A stretch of 63,669 bases of DNA, counting the filler, from Chiloscyllium plagiosum (lineage: Eukaryota): assembly GCF_004010195.1 (NCBI RefSeq). It is 4 parts of 2 records of this genome, joined end to end, with 100 filler letters (N's around TTAATTAATTAA, not from the genome) between each part and the next. Parts side by side here need not be neighbours in the genome. Positions count along the whole stretch, not along the records: positions 19,055 to 42,298 come from NC_057711.1; 3 more parts are not named here. The stretch is one strand, 5' to 3'. Position numbers and translations under genes: made by a program. Under the pieces are notes generated by a model. That model was not told the DNA's origin. It saw nothing but the letters and a program-made list of their open reading frames with translations, and ran no database searches. Each line of letters begins with the position of its first letter. Positions within the stretch are counted from its first letter, which is position 1. This document shows positions 24,815 through 37,574 of this stretch, piece by piece.

Positions 24815-25179
24815 TTCTGAGCTAGACAGGTTTTTCAAACTGAAATGTGCTAATTGTGATGATTTTGCCCCTCTGATTGCTCTGTTCTTTTTCTCAGGTC
24901 TAATTTAAACATTTATTGAATTGAAAATTCTACCATCCCTCATGGGCAGCTTGAAGGTGGGCAGGTATTTGGCTAGCTGCTGTTGTGTTAATGATAATAG
25001 TCTATTGATCAATTGCTCACTTCAGCAACTTTATAGACCTCTTCTTTTCATCTTGTACAATCCTGAGCTGCCTTTGCTAGCCACGCTTGACTCACTATTT
25101 TTGACTTTTTATGTCTCGAAGGAATGCACAGTCCTTTGAAGACTTTGAATGCCTATATACAGTTACACCTTTCCAAGTA

Positions 25180-25870
25180 TATTCCAAATCTACATAATAT
25201 ATGCCTCATGTCTTCACAATATCTCTTATTCAAATTTAACCCTTGCTTCAGAATGAGCTGTTTCATTTTCTAACACAATATAAAGTTTCATCATATTGTG
25301 GTTACTCCTTCCTAAAGGTTCTTTTACAGCCAGCTTGTTAATTAGTCCTTTCTCATGCACAGTAGCTCAGTGATTAGCACTGCTAACTCACAGCGCCAGG
25401 GACCTGGGTTCAATTCCAGTCTGTGTGGAGTTTACACACACTCCTTGTGTCTGCGTGGGTTTCTACCAGAACTCCGGTTTCCACCCACAGTCCATAGATG
25501 TGCGACTTTGGTGGATTGGCAATGGTAAAAATTTGAGGTTACGGGTATAAGGTGGGGGTGGGATGCTCTTCTGAGGGTCAATGTGGACTCATTGGGTCAA
25601 ATGGCCTCTTTCCACGCTGTTGGGATTCTATGAGCCTATGATTAGATAACACTGTATCTAAATTAGCATGAATTCCGGTTGGCACTTTAACATACTGCTC
25701 TAGAAAATAATCCTGAAAGCAATCCAGACGATTATCTTCCACTGTGTTACTGCTCAATTGGTTTAGCCAGTCCACATGAAGATTGAAGACACCCATGTTA
25801 CAAGCTTCTCTCTTCTCCTGGTTAATATCATGGCCTACTACTACTTCAACCAATGGCTGGTTCTTTGTTC
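25180..25870 (-). mobile_element. Decayed CR1 endonuclease fragment containing a + strand SINE (25357-25633)
   Basis: MGVFNLHVDW...FLEQYVKVPT...LDTVLSN matches the endonuclease motif in ORF 61491-61964. The SINE A and B boxes are visible. Confidence 0.75.
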
Positions 25871-26069
25871 CACCTGAACAGATTCTACACATTGTGGAGT
25901 ACAACTCCATCTCCTTTCCTTTCTTATCTGTCTTTTCGACATGTTAAATATCCTTGAATGTTCAGTCCTGACTCATCACCAAGCAGCCATTGTTTTTTTG
26001 TAATGGCAAATAAGTCATGTAATTTGTGTCTTTAGATTGCCTGTCTTGTGGCAAATGTTATATGTGCCC

Positions 26070-26592
26070 AGTTCATTGTGTCCAGTTCTGGTCGCCCTAC
26101 TATACAAAAGATACAGAGGCTTTGGAGAGGGTGCAAAGAAGGTTTACTAGGATGCTGCCTGGACTGGATGGCTTACCTTGTGAAGAGAGGCTGACTTGGA
26201 CTTGTCTCTCTGGAGAGAAGGAGGAAGAGAGGTGACCTGATCAAGGTATACAAGGTAATGAGATAGAGTCAATAGCCAGAGACTTTTCCCCAGGGCAGGA
26301 TTGACTGGCACGAGGGGTCATAGTTTTAAGATATTTGGAGAAAGGTATAGAGGGGACATCAGAGGTAGGTTCTTGATGTAGAGAGTTGTGAATGCATGGA
26401 ATGTGTTGCCAGCGGTGGTGGTGGTGGAAGCAGAGTCATTAGGGACATTTAAGCTACTGCTGGACATACACATGGATAGTAGTGAATTGAGGGGTGCGTA
26501 GGTTAAGTTATTTCATTTTACATTAGGATTAATCCTCGGCACAACATCGTGGGCCAGAGGGCCTGTTCTGTGCTGTACTTTTCTATGTTCTG
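26070..26592 (+). mobile_element. CR1 LINE 3' end
   Basis: CVQFWSPYY.KD.EALERVQRRFTRMLPGL, with a TTCTATGTTCT tail. Confidence 0.9.
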
Positions 26593-26712
26593 TATGTATT
26601 CAAGTAGACTGCTCTAACTTTGCTTTTTTGGCATCTTTCCACTTTTGAAGCACATGTTATGCAAATTCTTCCATGTCAGGTGATGTTGGAAACACACAAA
26701 TAGCTTTGGCTG

Positions 26713-26893
26713 AGAGAAAGCAGAGTCAATGTTTCGGGTCTAATAACACTTTAGCAGAACGTTCTGATGAAGGGGTCATTAAACCTGAAACATTAACTCT
26801 GTTTTCTTTCCACAAATGCAGCCAGACTTGCTGAGTTTCTCCAGCAATTTCTATTTTTGTCTCAGATTTTGAACATCTGTAGTTCTTTCTTTT
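26713..26893. mobile_element. Foldback PLE pLTR insertion (family B) with back-to-back decayed hammerheads
   Basis: Symmetry centre AGAAC|GTTCT at 26760/26761. The + strand reads GTT-CTGATGA-AGGGGTCATTAAACCT-GAAACATT-AAC, and the mirror copy is on the minus strand. Confidence 0.82.
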
Positions 26894-27954
26894 ATTATGT
26901 GAATGGTTTTGGTGTTATTGTGTATCTGCATTACTCCAACTGGTGTCATTCCACACCCAAGAAAGTCAGTTTCAGATGCCACAAATGCATAGTTTCCTTC
27001 CTGAGCATCAAAGCTAGTTGGGTTAGTCAAGTCAGTATTGTTGAAAACCATTAATCATGTTATACTTTGTTCCTTCTACGGACAATATTTGAGTTAATTG
27101 ATAGTCATGAAATAATGTTCATGGTTCTTAGCTCATAACAAGTCTTGGAACACTTGGGTGGAATAATTATTTAAAGTTGAAGCATAGTCTAAGTTAGTCA
27201 GTTTTGTATTTGCAATGACTAGGTTTGATATCCATGGTGATAAGTCAATGAGTTCCATGAGACAGTTTGCCAGCTTTAGCTGCTGTGGCACAACATATTT
27301 ATGAAATTTATGAAACTAATGAAATTGATGTATCAACGTGATGTATCAACAGTCCCCCTTAATCTCCCTGAATCTAGGCAATGAATATGCAATTTGCACC
27401 TGATCGCCTTAAAGTATGTTCAGGTAGGATATTCAAGTTTATGTCCAGGCCAATTGAAAAAAGCTTGTTCCCTTCAAGTTTCTCTAGAACATGAAGCTAT
27501 CTAGGCTATAGGTTTTAGCAATCTACAGCAACTGGTCATTTCAAAATCGGCATAACTGAGTCATTGTCAGCTTGAAGAATGTCTTTCAAAGGACTGACAG
27601 AAAGTTTCACAAAACACCAGTGGTAGAATTTGTTACTTTAAATTTTGTGTTAAAATCCATTTTATAATTGACACTGAGTTGCCTGCGATCTCGAATGAAC
27701 AATCTTCAAAGCAATGTGTGACTTTTTTGTTCAGGATTCAGTATATGTCACACTTCACTCTCGGAAAGACCTTCCTCCATATGTTGAATTATTGAAAGGA
27801 CTTGTGTACCCTTGTCATGTGATTCCATTGGAATTATGAGTTACACCTTTCCCTGAAGTTGAACATTTATTTTGAACGGTTGAGTGGCATCACAATAAGA
27901 ACATGTATTTGAGGGTATCTAGCCACGATGATGTTTGACTGTTGCTGCATCTTT

Positions 27955-28255
27955 TAGATTTCCTACAGTGTGGAGACAGGCTCTTCGGCCCAACAAGTCC
28001 ACACTGACCCTCCGATGAGCAACCCACCCAGACCCATTCCCCTACATTCACCCCTGACTAATGCACCTAACACAACGGGCAATTTAGCATGGCCAAACCT
28101 GCACATCTTTAGACTGTGGGAGGGAACCAGAGCGCCCGGAGGAAACCCACGCAGACACGGGGAGAACGTGCAAACTCCACATAGACAGTTGCCCGAGGCA
28201 GGAATTGAACCTGGGTCCCTGGCGCTGTGAGGCAGCAGTGCTAACCACTGAGCCA
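27955..28255 (-). mobile_element. HE1-like SINE
   Basis: TGGCTCAGTGG and GGTTCAATTCC boxes on the minus strand; nearly full length. Confidence 0.9.
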
Positions 28256-29329
28256 ATGTTGATGAGACTGCTGAAGTACTTTAGCCAGGCAAGGTGAGTG
28301 CACGCAGATTTATAATTTCTTCAAATTACATGTGGCAAATATGATTTGGAAAACCAAGGGTTTTTTTTTCCCAAAGTTAAATTATTATCCTCCATGGGGA
28401 GGAATTCCTTCATTTATAGAAGTGGATGTTTTTGCAATTTATCGATTATGAATTAGTTAATTGGATACGGTGTAAAATTTACATGTGGAAGTCTTTTGCA
28501 ACAACACTACCACTTTGTTTAATAGGTTCACCATTTCCCTGGCCTCTCTGGCACAAAGTATATCATTTGGCCACTGCACCTTTCTTCAGCCCACATTGTT
28601 TTATTGAGAACACCTACTCGTGTGTCAAACATAGGCATATAGTCTCTGAGCTGCTCAAATATTCACTGATCTTTTGTTCAAGTACAATGTATGTGTAGCA
28701 TCTTCTTGTGAATTGCTGCTCTATCTGTACTGTTCGTCCATGTATTGAGTGTAGAGATCCTGAGGCCTGAAATCCATTGATTCCAAGTGGATCTCTACAC
28801 AAAGACAGGAAAAACGCAGGAGAATGTAAATTTCAACTTTTCCCAATAGTTCTTGTCACCACTTTGTTCCATATTTTATATCTCACAACATTGCATGGAT
28901 GACTCATTATCCTCTATGTCTACTGGAACTTAATTTGCAATACTTTAAAATGCCTGCTCCATGCTTCCAGCTCTAGCTTCCTGCAATTTCTTCAGTTTTA
29001 TTCACTTTTCTTTGAATTCAAACCTATGTTTAATTAATAAAGTGAGCATCAAAAGTCAACATACTCATGTAAACAAACAGAGATCAATAAACAACAGAAT
29101 GGGATCCCAAATGTCATAAATAAGGGAATACAGTACAAAAGCAAGAACTTTGTGATGAATCTTTAGAAAATTCTGGTTCAATATCAGCTGAAGTATTTGG
29201 TCCAGTTTTGAGTATCACAATTTCAGAAGGATGTGATCCCTTTGCAGAAAGTGCAAAACATTTCACAGAAATGGTTCCAGGTTAGTTCCTTGGATAGATG
29301 GGAGAACCAGGACCATTCTCATAATCTTA

Positions 29330-31790
29330 TAGTCGTAGAAATCTACGGTACAGCGAAAATGCTTTGGCATATCAACTCTGCACAGGTCAAAACCAGGCAC
29401 CTAACTATTCTCATCCCATTTTCTAGCATCTGGCTTATAGCCTTATATGACTTCCATTGCAAGTGCACAAAAAATGGTGGGATTTCTGCCTCTACCACTA
29501 TAATAAGCAGTGAGTAACAGATTCACACCATCCTCTGGAAGAAAAATGTTTTCCTTGCATCTCTTCAAACTCTTCTGCCCCTTACTTTAAATCAATGTCT
29601 CCTGGTCATTGCTCACTCCATCACTAGGAAAAAAATCCTTCCTGCTTATCCTGTCTTTATAATTTTATTCATCTCAATCAGGTCTCCTCTCAGCTCCAAG
29701 GAAGACATTTCTTCATAATAATACTTTCCAGCTCAGGCTAAATCTGTTAAATGTCCTCTCCACCCTCTCCAATGCTATCACATCCCTCCTGTCATGTGGA
29801 TTCCAGAACTAAATTAACAATGCTTAAAAATGTCTGCTCCATGCAATACTCTAGCTGTGGCCTAACCATCATCTCATACAGTTCCAGCATAACCTCCCTG
29901 CACTTAAACAGTATGCCTCAGCTAATAAAGTCACGTATCCCACATGTCACAATAACACTTTATCTTCCCGTCCTGCTGGCTTAAGGGAGATGCAGACCAA
30001 GGCCTTACTGTTCCTTGTAAAATCCCTTGCCTTGTTTGTCCTTTAAAATACATCACATCACACTTAATCAGATTGAATTCCATTTACCGCAGATCAGCCC
30101 ATCTGTATTCTCCTGTAACGGTATTCTCCTCACTCTTTACAATCCCACCAGTCTTTGTGATGTCAAGATGCTGGTATTGGACTGAGGTGGACAAAGTCTA
30201 AAGTCACACGGCACCAGGTTATAGTCCATCAGGATTATTTGAAATCACAAGCTTTTGGAGCGCAGCTCCTTTTGTCAGGTGAAATGGAAGGAAGTGCACA
30301 GGCACAGATTTTATAGACAGAAAGATCACTGCAAGATAATTCCAGATAATTAAGAGTGTCAAAAGATAGTACAAGTGGTGTGAGTGGAGTGTCAACAGAA
30401 TGAATAACAAATCTCTGCAGGTGAGCAAAACTCTCAATACGTGTGAGGTAAGTATCAACAGCTGAACAGCAAGTGAAGGCCTATGATCCGATTAATTAAG
30501 GCAGAGAGATAATTTTAAAAATTCAAAAATAAGATGGTGCCGCAGACAACCAAATGGCTGGAATAACATGATAAGTATAGGAGATGCATGACAGGGGACT
30601 AACCAGTCATCCAAAATTGTACAAACGAATTAAGGTAGAGAAATCAAAACAAGTTATCAAGGTGCTGACGTCAAAACAGAACAGTAAGAAAGATTTTATA
30701 AACACAGAACGGTATGTGGACAACATGAACCCAAGATCATGGTTGAGGCTGGTTTCAAGGGTATGGAACTTGGCTATCAGTTTCTGCTCGGTGATTCTAC
30801 ATTGTTGTGTATCTCGAAGGCCACGTTGGAGGATGCTTACATGAAGACCAGGGGTTGAATGACCTTCACTGCTGAAGTGTTCCCTGCCTGAGAGGGAAAA
30901 CTGCCAATTTTTGTATCATCATTAAACTTACTAATCAATCCTCTTATATTCAAGTCTCAATTATTTATATGTACCACAAACAGCATGGGCCCTAACAGTG
31001 ATCCCTGTGGTACCCCATTGGACACAGAGTTCCAGTCACAAAAACAACTTTCGAAGATTATCCCTCTGCTTCCTCAGCCAATGCTGGATCCAATTTGCCA
31101 AATTTCCTTGGATCCAATGAGCTCTTACCTTTTCTATCAGTCTCCCACGTGGAACCTTATCAAAAGCCTTGTTGAAGTCCAAATAGATTACATTAAAACA
31201 TTGCCCTCACTTACACATCTGATTACCTCTTCAAAAAATTCGACCAAATTGTTCAGACATGACCTTCCCTGAAGAAAAGAACATACTGACTGTCCTTGAT
31301 TAAGCCCTGCCTCCTAAAAGCAGATTAATTCTGTCCTTCAGAATTGCTCCCAGTTATGCACCCCCACCTTCCCTGACTGAGGTTAGACTGATTTGGCCTA
31401 TAGTTCCCTGGTTTATCCTTTCCTCCCTTCTTGAGTAACAGTACAACACTGGCTGTTGTCCAGCCTACTGGCATCTCTCCTGCAGCCAGAGAGAAATTGG
31501 AACATATAGCCAATGCCCCTGTCATTTTCTCCCTTGCCTCACTCAGCAATACATTTCATCAGGCCATGAATATTTATCTACTTTTAAACCTGCCAGATCA
31601 CGGATGGCCTCCTCTCTGTCTATGCAAATTTTAATATATCAGTTATTCTCCTGGATTTCAATACCCACATCCATCTCAGTATTAAAAACAGACACAAAAT
31701 ACTCATTTAGAATGCTACCTGTGTCCTCTGGCTTCATATTGCCACTATGGTCCTTATTGGGCCCTCCTCAATTCTTGTTATCTTTTATCA
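29330..31790 (-). mobile_element. Decayed CR1 LINE split by a PLE at 30158-30902
   Basis: KKGGKDKPGNYRP (ORF 31325-31549) and GVPQGSLLGP near 30985-31020. The RT sequence resumes on both sides of the insertion. Confidence 0.8.
30158..30902 (-). mobile_element. PLE (family C) 3' portion: endonuclease C-terminus, UTR and pLTR with decayed hammerhead (30246-30281)
   Basis: Minus strand EHFSSEGHS...VSILQRGLRDTQQCRITEQKLIAKF, and CAC-CTGACAA-AAGGAGCTGCGCTCC-AAAAGCTT-GTG. Confidence 0.82.
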
Positions 31791-32687
31791 TTAATGCCTG
31801 AATCTTCTTGAAGAAAAGAAAGTTATTTGAGGTATTTAGGAGTCACAACAGAGCAAACAAAGGAAAAATATTTTTCTTTGGTGGAACAGTCCAGAAACAG
31901 GGAGCACAGACTTAAAGTGATTGGCAATTGTACTGAAGAAGACTTGACAAAAAGAGCCTTCTTAAGTGGTCAAAGTTTTGAACCTGAGATGCACTGTCTA
32001 AGAGCGTGGTGGAGGAAGATTGGATCATCCCTTACAGAAAGGAATTAGTTAAACATCCAAGGGGAAAGAACCACAGTACAGTGAAAGGATTGCAGAGTGA
32101 CACAAGCAAAACTGTTCTCATAGAAATCCCACATGAACCTGCTTCTGTGCAGTAACAGTGCTATGATTATTTGATGCTATATTTCTGTGATTCTGGTATG
32201 ACATGGTAGTTCTGTTACTTTCTCCACAGGTTATTTATTAACTTTCTGAGTATTTCCAGGGTTCTCCACTGTTTTGGGGGTTCATCTTTTGATTTAACAT
32301 GTGAATAGTTGAATTATTAATATTTAGTTCAAAAGTCTAGACTGTTGCTTGAAAGAACTTCTCCAGAATGTGTCTTAAGGTATGAAATGTCGAATTTGAT
32401 AAATCTGCTGGATTACAGCAGACTTGTGTCAATTACCATACTGTATCTATAACGATCTACACAATCATGACCACTGCTTTTCACAAGGTGACCAGGTTTC
32501 GTGACTGGAAAGGTCAGTCTCTGACTTGACAAAGGCTCAAGAATGCCTGATTACTGGTTTCAGGGATGAGGAACTTCAGTTATGAGGATAGATTAAAGAA
32601 GGTGGGACTGCTCTCCTTGGTGAGAAGAAAGCTAAGAGGAGATCTGGTAGAGGTTTTCAAAATCATAAGGAGGCTGGATAAAGTAAA

Positions 32688-32895
32688 GTTATCATTGTCT
32701 CGTTAGACCGTAGAACTGTTCTTTCACGAGAGAGAGAGAGATATGACAGGTGGTGGTTTAACCTGAGGGTCACCATGTCTCAGGCAAGGGGAGAAGTTGA
32801 GTAGGAGAACCCTTCAGGGTAACCCCAGCCAGTGTGGGAATTGAACCCATGCTGTTAGCATCACTCTGTATCACAAACTGGCTAACTGAGCTAAT
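32688..32895 (-). mobile_element. Second tRNA-derived SINE family (another copy at about 39400-39580)
   Basis: Minus strand TTAGCTCAGTTAG...GGGTTCAATTCCC. Both copies share a TTTAACCTGA.GG.CACCATG.CTCAGG body. Confidence 0.7.
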
Positions 32896-33062
32896 TGATC
32901 CCTTTGACAAAAGCATAACTGAATTGAGAAGGAACTTCTTCATCCAGAGGGTTGTAAGTCTATCGAATTCCCTGCCCAGTAAAGTAGTTGGCTAAGATAG
33001 ATTTTGTTTGAACAGTAAAGGAATTAAGGGTTATGGTGAGAGGACGGGTACGTGGAGCTGAG

Positions 33063-33296
33063 AGAAAGTGAGGACTGCAGATGCTGAAGATGAGAGTCGA
33101 GAGTGTGGTGCTGGAAAAGCGCAGTCGGTCAGGCCGCATCCGAGGAGCAGGAGAATCAACGTTTTGGGCATAAGTCCTTGATTAGGAATGGCTATTTCAT
33201 CATTCCTGATAAAAGGCTTATGCCTGAAATGTCAATTCTCCTGCTCCTCGGATGCGGCCTGACCTGCTGTGCTTTTCCAGCACTACACTCTCAACT
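33063..33296. mobile_element. Foldback PLE pLTR insertion nested in a CR1 3' end (about 32915-33400)
   Basis: Inverted arms of about 95 bp with two decayed hammerheads. TSD GTGGAGCTGAG at 33052-33062 and 33299-33309. Confidence 0.9.
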
Positions 33297-34884
33297 AAGT
33301 GGAGCTGAGGCCATGAAAAAATCAGCCATGATCTTATTGAATGGTGGAGTGGGCTCAAGGGGCCAGATGGCCTACTCCTGCTCCTAGTTTTTATGTTTTT
33401 ATGTAAAACAGTCACCTGACACAGAATAGATAGGAAGAAAGTTCCTGTACAGAAAAGGAAGAAGAAGTGGGCCTAAATTTAAGAAGCAAGGGTGAAGAGG
33501 GGATAAATGTTCTCATTTAGTAAGTAGTTAAGGTATGGAATGTACAATCTGGAAATGTAGTGGAGACAGGATCAAGGGGACATTGAATAATTATTGGGAT
33601 AAGGAAGGTATATGAAAAAAGAGGTTGGTATGAGGTAATGATGCTCATTTAATGAGACAGTATGAGCACAATGGGCTAAATGGCTTCCTTCTGTGCCATA
33701 ACGATTCAGTGAATCTAGTTAAACTGGAATTTTCCTACTTGTAGAAGTAATGTTATGAGTTCATATTGGCGTTAGGTATGCATGAAATGAGATTAGCTCA
33801 CCTCCCGGAAACTTCTATATGTAATAGCTGAGTACCTTATCATCAATGCTTTAGGTGTTGAATTTAAGAGAGTCAATACATCTTCATGCAGCAGATGGAC
33901 TGTTAATGTTAATAGAATGTGTATTCCTATTCATGAGCTGCAGTTTTTCAGTTCAGAGGGATACAGCTCTTATTCACAAATAGGAAACCCATTATAGCAC
34001 AGCACCAAACAAATTCATAACATCACGGAAGCTTTTGTTCAGTCCATCTTTTGACCTCTGAACAATACATCCTTTAAGATGTAGTGACTGAGCTAGATTG
34101 AAGATCTGTCGCGTTTATAATCATGAACATTAACCTATCCTGCAGTCCCACTGTTAGAGTTCTATTTCCAATTACCTTCCCTTTGTGAGCAGTTCTCCAC
34201 AGGCTGCACTGGATCAATGAATTTGCCTTTTCTTAATATTACTTATGGAATTCTGGTAGCTTGCTAGCTGCTGAACCCTTTAACTTGTCTCATATATCGA
34301 TATTACTTCCAAAGGGGAATGAGTCACCTGTCGAGATTGATTGCCTAATGAATGTTAATTGCCAAGGCTACATAGGTTACTGAAACACTTAGACTTAATG
34401 AGCTGGTTGCAAGAAGAACTAATCATTTAGCATTTCCAGCATACCAGGGGAAAAATCTAGCTTTGTTATCGACGAGAATCACCATGTCTCACAGATGTAT
34501 TTTTGAGCCAGAAAAAGACATTGGTATCAACTGTTGCCATTTTGAGTGCTGATATTAGCTCTTGTCAAAATATCACTGATTGTTGTTACCTCAATTTAGT
34601 TTTTAAAATCACAAGATGATATAATCAAGTGTTCTGCATTAAAATTTATTTAAAGAATATTTGCTTTACCAAACATTTCAGAACTTGGACTGAGTGGAAG
34701 CATTCTACATACTGAGATGTAAGGTATGGAATTTAAATGTATTTTGATATCATTCAATTTTAGATTCTGAATATGAATTAGTGACATATGGATTTGGTCT
34801 GTGCCGACAGGATTTCTGTAGCCAGTGGCGATTTTCTTAAAAACATGACAGGAGGAGAGAAATAATTCTTGGAGGCTAATGAGA

Positions 34885-35330
34885 AACTGACAAGGATGTT
34901 GCTGGGGTTGGAAGGTTTGAGATATAGGGAGGGGCTGAATAGGCTGGGACTGTTTTACCTGGAGTGTCAGAGGCTGAGGGGCTACCTTATGGATGTTGAT
35001 AAAATCATGAGGGGCATGGATAGGTTGAATAGCCAAGCTTTCCCCAGGGTACGGGAGTCCAAAGCTAGAGGACATAGATTTAAGGTGAGAGTGGAAAGAT
35101 TTAAAAGGGACCAAAGGGGTAACTTTTCCACACAGAGGCTGGTACGTGTATGGAATGAGCTGCCAGAGGAAGTGGTGGAGGCTAGTACAATTACAACATT
35201 TAAAAGGAATCTGGAGAGGAAGGAATAAGAGGGATGCTGGCAACTGGGACTAGGTTAATTTAGGACATCTGGTCAGCATGGATGAGTTGGACCAGAGGGT
35301 CTCTTTGTGCTGTAACATCTCTATGACTCT
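34885..35330 (+). mobile_element. CR1 LINE 3' end
   Basis: ORF 34869-35228 LTRML.GLEGL.YRE.LNRLGLF...WNELPEEVV, with a CTCTATGACTCTA tail. Confidence 0.9.
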
Positions 35331-35339
35331 ATTTGGAGA

Positions 35340-35942
35340 ATTTTATGAGGATAGAGTAAAACGTGGAATTAACCTTCTCTAGTCTGCCTGCAATGTTGCC
35401 ATGTTTTTCCTTGGATAAGTGGACCAAAACTGTTCACAGTATTGCAGGTAGTGTATAACAGCATTTTGTGCAGAATATTTTTCTAAAATTATACCAGGCC
35501 CAGACCACAGCCAGAGTACTGTGAACAGTTTTCGTCTTTTGACATTGGGAGACCAAAGAAGATTCTTTAGGTTCATTCCAGATATGAGGGTTTGTAGAGG
35601 GCTTGGTAGGATAGCTGTAGAAAAGTTGTTTCTCCTTGTGGGGGTGGGGGGAGGGAGAGGGTATAATCTCAGAATAAGGAGTTGCCATTTAAGACAAAGG
35701 TAAGGAGGATTATTGTCTACCCTCTGATAATCTGTGGAATTCTTTAGTGAAGAGCGTTGTCAAGGCTGTTGGGTATATTCAAGGCTGAGAGAGGCAGATT
35801 TTTAATCAGTAAAGAAATCAAAGGTTTGAGGAAGAGACCGAATTTGAAGTTGAAGATTCTCACATTAGCTGTGACGTTATTGAATGGTGGAGCAGAATAG
35901 ATGGGTCAAAAGGTATACCTCTGTTCTTAAATCTTATGGTCA
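35340..35942. mobile_element. Two short CR1 fragments in opposite orientation
   Basis: Minus strand HYLQYCEQFWS (35340-35500); + strand 3' UTR-like sequence at 35560-35942. Confidence 0.6.
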
Positions 35943-36669
35943 TGCCAGCAATGGATTAGACATCAGTTAGAAGATTCCAGAATGGAATTGATAGTTTTTA
36001 ACATAATAAAATATCCATAGCATAAGGAAAGGTTTTGTTTGCAGAGGTCTTGTCTCAGGATAGGCAGGTATATAGTTGATTCTCAAAAAGGGAGATAGTT
36101 TAGAGGTAGATTATCTCAGAGCAAGGAGTTGAAACTTAAGTTCCACACCTGAAGTTTTTGGTTAAAACAGTGAAGGAATTATTTATCGCTTTGAAAGTTT
36201 AAGCTCGGTTACATGAAATTTCAAGAAAGAGGCTATCAGATTCTAAAAAAACGGATATTGGAGCACTATTAAATTAAGCCCAATAGATGTGATAGAGAGA
36301 GGAATTATAACAGGTCTGAGTACTCTAAAGGAGTGCTATTGGGATTAATGAGATTGTATTTTGAAATCTTTAAATTTGTGTTACATATTAAAAGGTGGTT
36401 TTATTCTTTTACCTCTGTTTATTTTACATCATACATTTCTATTTTGTTGTTTCATCTAAACCTGCAGCATTACATCATTGTGTTTCAGTGAAAAACCACC
36501 CTAATTAAATTTTAAAAAAAGCAAGGTATGATCTACAAAGCTGGATTTCAACCTGAAAACTGATTTGTCCAATAATTACTGCATGCGTATGATAAATATA
36601 TTCACTATGTCCTAGGTTGATTATAAACATTCAAATTGCAAAATTTATGACTTGACCCCTTGAATCTGC

Positions 36670-37555
36670 TCTGCCTTTTAATACAATCCTGGCTGATCTG
36701 ATTATTCCACAATCTCCAATGTTTCCCAATATACTTTGACCCCAATGTTTATCAAATATCTATCTATATTGGTTCTACCATCTTTTGACAAAAAGAGTGG
36801 AAAGGACTCCGGACCCTCTGAAATTGAAATTTTCCTAATCTTGGTCTTAAAACGGCANNNNNNNNNNNNNNNNNNNNNNNNCACACACACACACACACCA
36901 ACTACCCCCCAAAAAAGACACCATTCCAACATCAAAAATGTCAAAAAATCATTAGGATCATCTGTGTTTCAATCAAGTCACCTCACTCTCTGAAATTCCA
37001 GTGGATATATGCCTCATCTTTTCAACATTCCCCATGGAGATTTCCAGATACTACTCCAGTAAATCTTCTCTGAGCTGTTCCAACACATTTACATCCCTCC
37101 TTAAATAAGGAGGCCAATATTGTACATAATCCTTCAGACATGGTCTCACCAATGCCCTATATAACTGCACCATAGTTGTCTTACTTTTGCAGTCGAATCA
37201 ACGTAAAGGATAATATTTTATCAGCTTTTGTAATTACTTGCTTGTACCCATTTATAACCTTTATATGAGTTATGAACAAAGAAATCCAGGTCCCTCTACA
37301 TTTTGAAACTGTACAATCTCTCGTCATTTACAAAATATTCTTCTGTTTTACTGCAGCCAAAGTTAACCATTTCACATTTCCCAGATTGTACACTATTTAT
37401 CAGATTTTTACCCACTTACTTAGTCTATTGATATCCCTTTGTACCCCCTTATGCGGTCTTCGTAACCCACTTTCCTACCTATCTTTGTGTTACCAACAAA
37501 TTTAGCAACAATCCCTTATGCAAGTCATTTACATAAATTATATGAAGTTGACAGC
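36670..37555 (-). mobile_element. Old CR1 LINE 3' fragment (contains a small gap and (CA)n)
   Basis: Minus strand YRALVRPCL..YVQYW and KCEMVNFG motifs. Confidence 0.7.
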
Positions 37556-37574
37556 CAGAGTGAGGATAGCACTG

